From NCBI GenBank assembly GCA_963693365.1, contig CAVNZM010000004.1, forward strand, positions 12,819,088 to 12,883,087: DNA of 64,000 nucleotides, in the 5' to 3' direction. Of this stretch, positions 59,980-64,000 are shown piece by piece. The DNA is from Amoebidium appalachense. Its lineage: Eukaryota > Protista > Ichthyosporea. The notes beneath the pieces were generated by a model. The model was not told where the DNA came from. It made no database searches and saw only the letters and a list, made by a program, of their open reading frames with translations. The stretch's first letter is position 1. Every line of letters starts with the position of its first letter. Made by a program: the position numbers and the translations under genes.

Positions 59980-61143
59980 ATGGCGGCCCGAAACGTTGCT
60001 GTAAATGCACCCGCACATGCTGTTACACAGGGCTCACCATTTACCTCAGAAATGGTGACTGCATACGTTAACTTTTACGTTGAACACCATGGTGAATACG
60101 TGGCATGTGACGAGGGTTCTAGGCACCCCGCGGGCTTCTGCGCCCTTTGTAATAAACAGGGCATCCGTGTTCTCTCTCAACACCTTATTGACGCCCACCG
60201 AGATACAATTCGCCATTACACTGGCTACGAAATAGGCATGCTGCTGCAGACCCATCGCGTTCCTAAGGCTGAGCATGCACTAGTGTGGGCCGTGAGCGAT
60301 GATTCAGAATATGAACGCGCTACATGGATTGCTTACCGCAAGCGAAAAAACCAGACTGCATACCGCAAAACCGACAAGGGGAGGCGTACAAACCGCAGTC
60401 TACAACTGCTGAAACGGCAAGTGCTCAACGCCTGGGCCTTCCACACTGGCGCCATGGACGGTATTGGCGGGAACATAACACAGCGTATGGCCGTCGATAC
60501 ATACCGAATGGTCAGGGATGCTCATTTGGCAGCACAGACAGACATCTCCGCTTCGTTGAACGATGCCCAACAACGATTTATCACTGCATTCGCCGACCAT
60601 ATGGTTAGGCTCGCAAATATTGCCGTCCTTAACCGCGACACGTCGGCGGCTGTACGACAACTCATGGTGCCAGGGGCCTGTAATTTTACATGGGAGGAAG
60701 ATAAAGTTGTGGAGATATCCTTTGAAGAAGTGCGTGGTTGGCACCTTCTCCACTTCGCTACAAGCCAAAAGTACTACACGCGGATAGAAATGGAAACTGT
60801 GCTGCCCAACATTAACGCCGAGATTGACTGGTCGCACCCGGACACAAAAGCCGAGGTAAACAGGGTGTTTCAAAAAAACCTGAAAGACAGGGAGCAACAG
60901 TTGTGGACGGCAATCTACCAATATATCACAGTCAGAGCCGCCAGTGGGAATTTCCGTTATAGCGACCCAATAGACATGGGAGAATACCTCCCTGGGCTAG
61001 TTGCAGAGATGGGCGCTTCAATGGACGACATAGAGCTTCCCTCATACCTTGCCATGTGTGGCTTCGATGAGGAAGCACAAGAGTTGTTTCTCGGACAGGC
61101 TGGGCTAGAGCCAGACGAGGAGATGGGCGAAGACGCAGAGTAA
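59980..61143 (+). CDS. Hypothetical 387-aa transposon cargo protein with a C2H2-like finger and a basic patch
   Basis: FCALCNKQGIRVLSQHLIDAH, YRKRKNQTAYRKTDKGRRTNR, acidic tail; intronless and inside the TIRs. Confidence 0.8.
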   Translation: MAARNVAVNAPAHAVTQGSPFTSEMVTAYVNFYVEHHGEYVACDEGSRHPAGFCALCNKQGIRVLSQHLIDAHRDTIRHYTGYEIGMLLQTHRVPKAEHALVWAVSDDSEYERATWIAYRKRKNQTAYRKTDKGRRTNRSLQLLKRQVLNAWAFHTGAMDGIGGNITQRMAVDTYRMVRDAHLAAQTDISASLNDAQQRFITAFADHMVRLANIAVLNRDTSAAVRQLMVPGACNFTWEEDKVVEISFEEVRGWHLLHFATSQKYYTRIEMETVLPNINAEIDWSHPDTKAEVNRVFQKNLKDREQQLWTAIYQYITVRAASGNFRYSDPIDMGEYLPGLVAEMGASMDDIELPSYLAMCGFDEEAQELFLGQAGLEPDEEMGEDAE

Positions 61144-61229
61144 ATTTTCTGTTTGTTGATGAGTGGGGGTGTAGGGGGTTTGGTTTTCACGTGTGTCAGT
61201 AGCCTGTAACATATAGGCGCTGTGCCGAT

Positions 61230-62912
61230 GTCAGAAGTTTAAGTGGACTGCAACCCAACCTTTTAGGTATATATTGACATCCAAATAGTATAGGTTTACT
61301 ACGAAAAAGATATCAGAACTTATCGTTATAGCATCTTTACATTCTCCTGCTGATATCATTATATACATGTTGACATCCAAATGGTATAAGTTTATGGCTA
61401 AAAAGATATCAGAACTTATCAATATAGCATCTTTACATTCACCTGATGTCCATCTTGCGATGCTTAAAAGTGCACGGAATCGATCTAGCCTGGGTCCAAA
61501 AGATGCCTCGAACCCATCCCAGGAATCTCATGATGACCATCCAAAACACATCAAAGGGACAATTGCAAGACACCATAATGTGCATATATAGATTCATCTT
61601 CAGACAACTAACGGCTCCTGAAAAGTGCATACAAGGACCACTTAAAGACCCTAGAGAGATGCTGTGGACTCCATTCTAGTATGAGAATTGCATCCAGCAA
61701 CATTATAGCATCTATATATGCCTATCATGTGCACCGGGTAATCCACAAACCATCTATGACGTCGTGGATGTGGACCATCGCAAAGATCACATAGAGACCC
61801 TAACTAGATATCATAAAGTGCACATGCTGTGCCTAGAACAGGGATAAATCAGGAATGATTATATAATATGCACCAGAAATACACTTAGACATCTGAGGGT
61901 ACCTAGGGGGTACATATGGATGGGAAAAGGATAGGATATTCAGAGATCTGTAATACCACATCATCAACACCATAGGTCCACATGTAGATGCCTTCAAGTG
62001 CACGGAATCGATCGAGCCAGGGTCAAAAAGATGTCACAAACCCATCCCAGAAACCTCATGATGACCATCCGAAAGGCATCTAAAATACCACGTAAAGGCC
62101 ATATAAGATGCAAATATGGTTTTCCCTCATGACAACTAAATGGTCCTAAAAGGTTCATTAACAGACCACTTAAAGACGTCAAAAAGATGCTGTATACCAG
62201 GAATAGCGTCCAGCAACATTAAAGCAACCATATATGCCTATCATGTGCACCACCCAATCCACATACCATCTATGACGTCGTGGATGAGGTCCATCTACAA
62301 GAGCACATACAGACACTTTCTCGATCATCAAAAGTGCATATGTTGTGCATATAACAGCGAAAAAACAATATGGATCGTATAAAATGCACTAAAACTAGTC
62401 TTGGACATCATAGGGGACTTAGGGGGTAGAAATGGATGGGAAGAAAATATGATCATATAAAGTGGTCCATATAATGTCTATGTGCACCGGAAATAAACTA
62501 GAAGTACACTTGCACGTCCTGGAGTACTTAGGGTGTACTTTGGGATGGGTACAAGAAAAGAGCATTTAATGTGGTCTTTAGATGGTCCATATCACCACCC
62601 AAACCCCACCAAATTGTGTTTGGAAAATTTTGAACATCGGGGCATTTAATATGCATTTAGGATGGGTTGTAGATCATTTCATGACACCATTGTAGATGCC
62701 TTGCGGTGCTGTTCTGGATGATGGATGATATCAAGTCCCCTTTATCCCCTCCTGGACATCATAGATGAGTTATGGATAGTGGCCATCCAAATTGTTTACG
62801 ACCCCCACATCCCATCTAGATGTCATCATGTAGGTAGGTTGTGGTGGATGTGTGGGGTGGATATGGTGGGAGGACCCCCAAAAGGTGTCCTGGATGGGAT
62901 CCGGATCGCCGA
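61230..62912. repeat. Right subterminal region with internal duplications
   Basis: About 61465-61935 is repeated, diverged, at about 61995-62450; a ~100-bp duplication lies in 61270-61450; dense CATC/GATG motifs. Confidence 0.7.
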
Positions 62913-62929
62913 ACAAGATTGCTGATGTT

Positions 62930-64000
62930 TGTGATGCCACCGGTTACACCACCGTGTTCCCCCTTTACAACCGTGGTGAAACCCTCAGCCACATTCAGTC
63001 TCTCGTTGAAACCATCGAACGTCAGACACCTGAGATCGTCACCCATCTTCGGTTTGACTCCGGCTCTGAGTTCACCTCCAAGGACACCGAGGCCTACTGC
63101 AAGCAGAAAGGCATCATCATGGAGTTTGCCCCCGTCGACACACCACAACACAATGGTGTTGTTGAACGGAAGATGAGAGAACTGCAAGAGACAGTCCGTT
63201 GCTTCCTCCATGCCGACAAGGACCAACCTCTCTCTCCCAAGTTGTGGGTTGCTGCTCTCAAGCATACAAGCTACATCATCAACGTCACACCGTCATCTGC
63301 TGCCAACGGCAACACTCCCTTCGAGGCCTTCCACGGCTTCAAACCCGACGTCTCCCAGCTCCACGTGTTCGGCTCCCCTGCCTATGTGCATGTTCCCCGG
63401 TCAAAGAGGAACAAGCTGGCATCAACCGTCAGAGTCGGCACCTACGTCGGCTGGGACCTACCCTCCAAGGCACACAAGATCCTCGACCATGCCTGCAACC
63501 AAATCAAGATCTGCCGTGATGTGATCTTCGACGAGTCGAAATTCACGGGCAGCACCAATCAGGTCTCCGTTCCCCCCAAACCCGATCTGCCGACATTGGA
63601 CCCCCCCTCCGACGACGACGATGAAACTCCGTCTGTGGTCATCTCCCAACCGTCCTGGCACAACCAACCAGCCCCGGTTGAACCCGTGCCTCCCCCGAGC
63701 CCCCCCCCCACTGGCCAACAACCCTTGCTGCCGGCCCCCCCCGTTGCTGTGCATCAACCCGGCTACATGACTCCGGTTCGTCCTGGGTCCCCCACCTTCC
63801 ACTCGGCCACGAGCAGCCCTGTGGACACCGATGCCCCCCTCACCACCGGTCCTATTCCTGGCTTCCATGCCCCTATCCCGGCCTCCACCACCTACCCGGC
63901 CACCACCCCCCTCAAGGACCCCCCCAAGCCCAACCTTCGTCGGTCTACACGTCTCACCAAGACTCCAACGGCACTGGTCAGCATCGTAGCACCGACCATC
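62930..64000 (+). CDS. Copia gag-pol continuation (integrase core, SH3-like region, linker); runs off the window
   Basis: CDATGYTTVFPL..LRFDSGSEF..PQHNGVVERK..LHVFGSPAYVH..RDVIFDE. Confidence 0.93.

Overview
Eukaryotic, repeat-rich window with spliceosomal GT-AG introns, long poly-C/G tracts and (CA)n runs. The gene mix resembles a unicellular holozoan such as an ichthyosporean, but the host cannot be proven from this sequence. There are three zones. (1) About 1-23 kb looks like an endogenised large-DNA-virus island. It holds compact intronless genes (two Bro-N-like proteins, one fused to a T5orf172/GIY-YIG domain; an amino-DNA methyltransferase; two PD-(D/E)xK-like ORFs; Cys-rich and CCCH proteins), satellites, a hAT-type MITE and a spliced KDM4-like JmjN/JmjC gene. 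(2) About 23-41 kb is host-like: a GPR1/FUN34/YaaH transporter, a SemiSWEET-like PQ-loop protein and a 5-exon sterol C24-methyltransferase. (3) About 41.9-64 kb is a Ty1/copia LTR retrotransposon whose integrase is cleanly split by an 18,870-bp DNA transposon (44058-62927; 15-bp TIRs CATCAGCAATCTTGT, 2-bp TT target duplication). That transposon encodes a 9-exon Plavaka transposase, a second KDM4-like JmjC protein and an unknown zinc-finger ORF. The best candidate for a new system is this delimited transposon carrying its own putative histone demethylase. Family assignments are by motif recognition only; no database searches were run.
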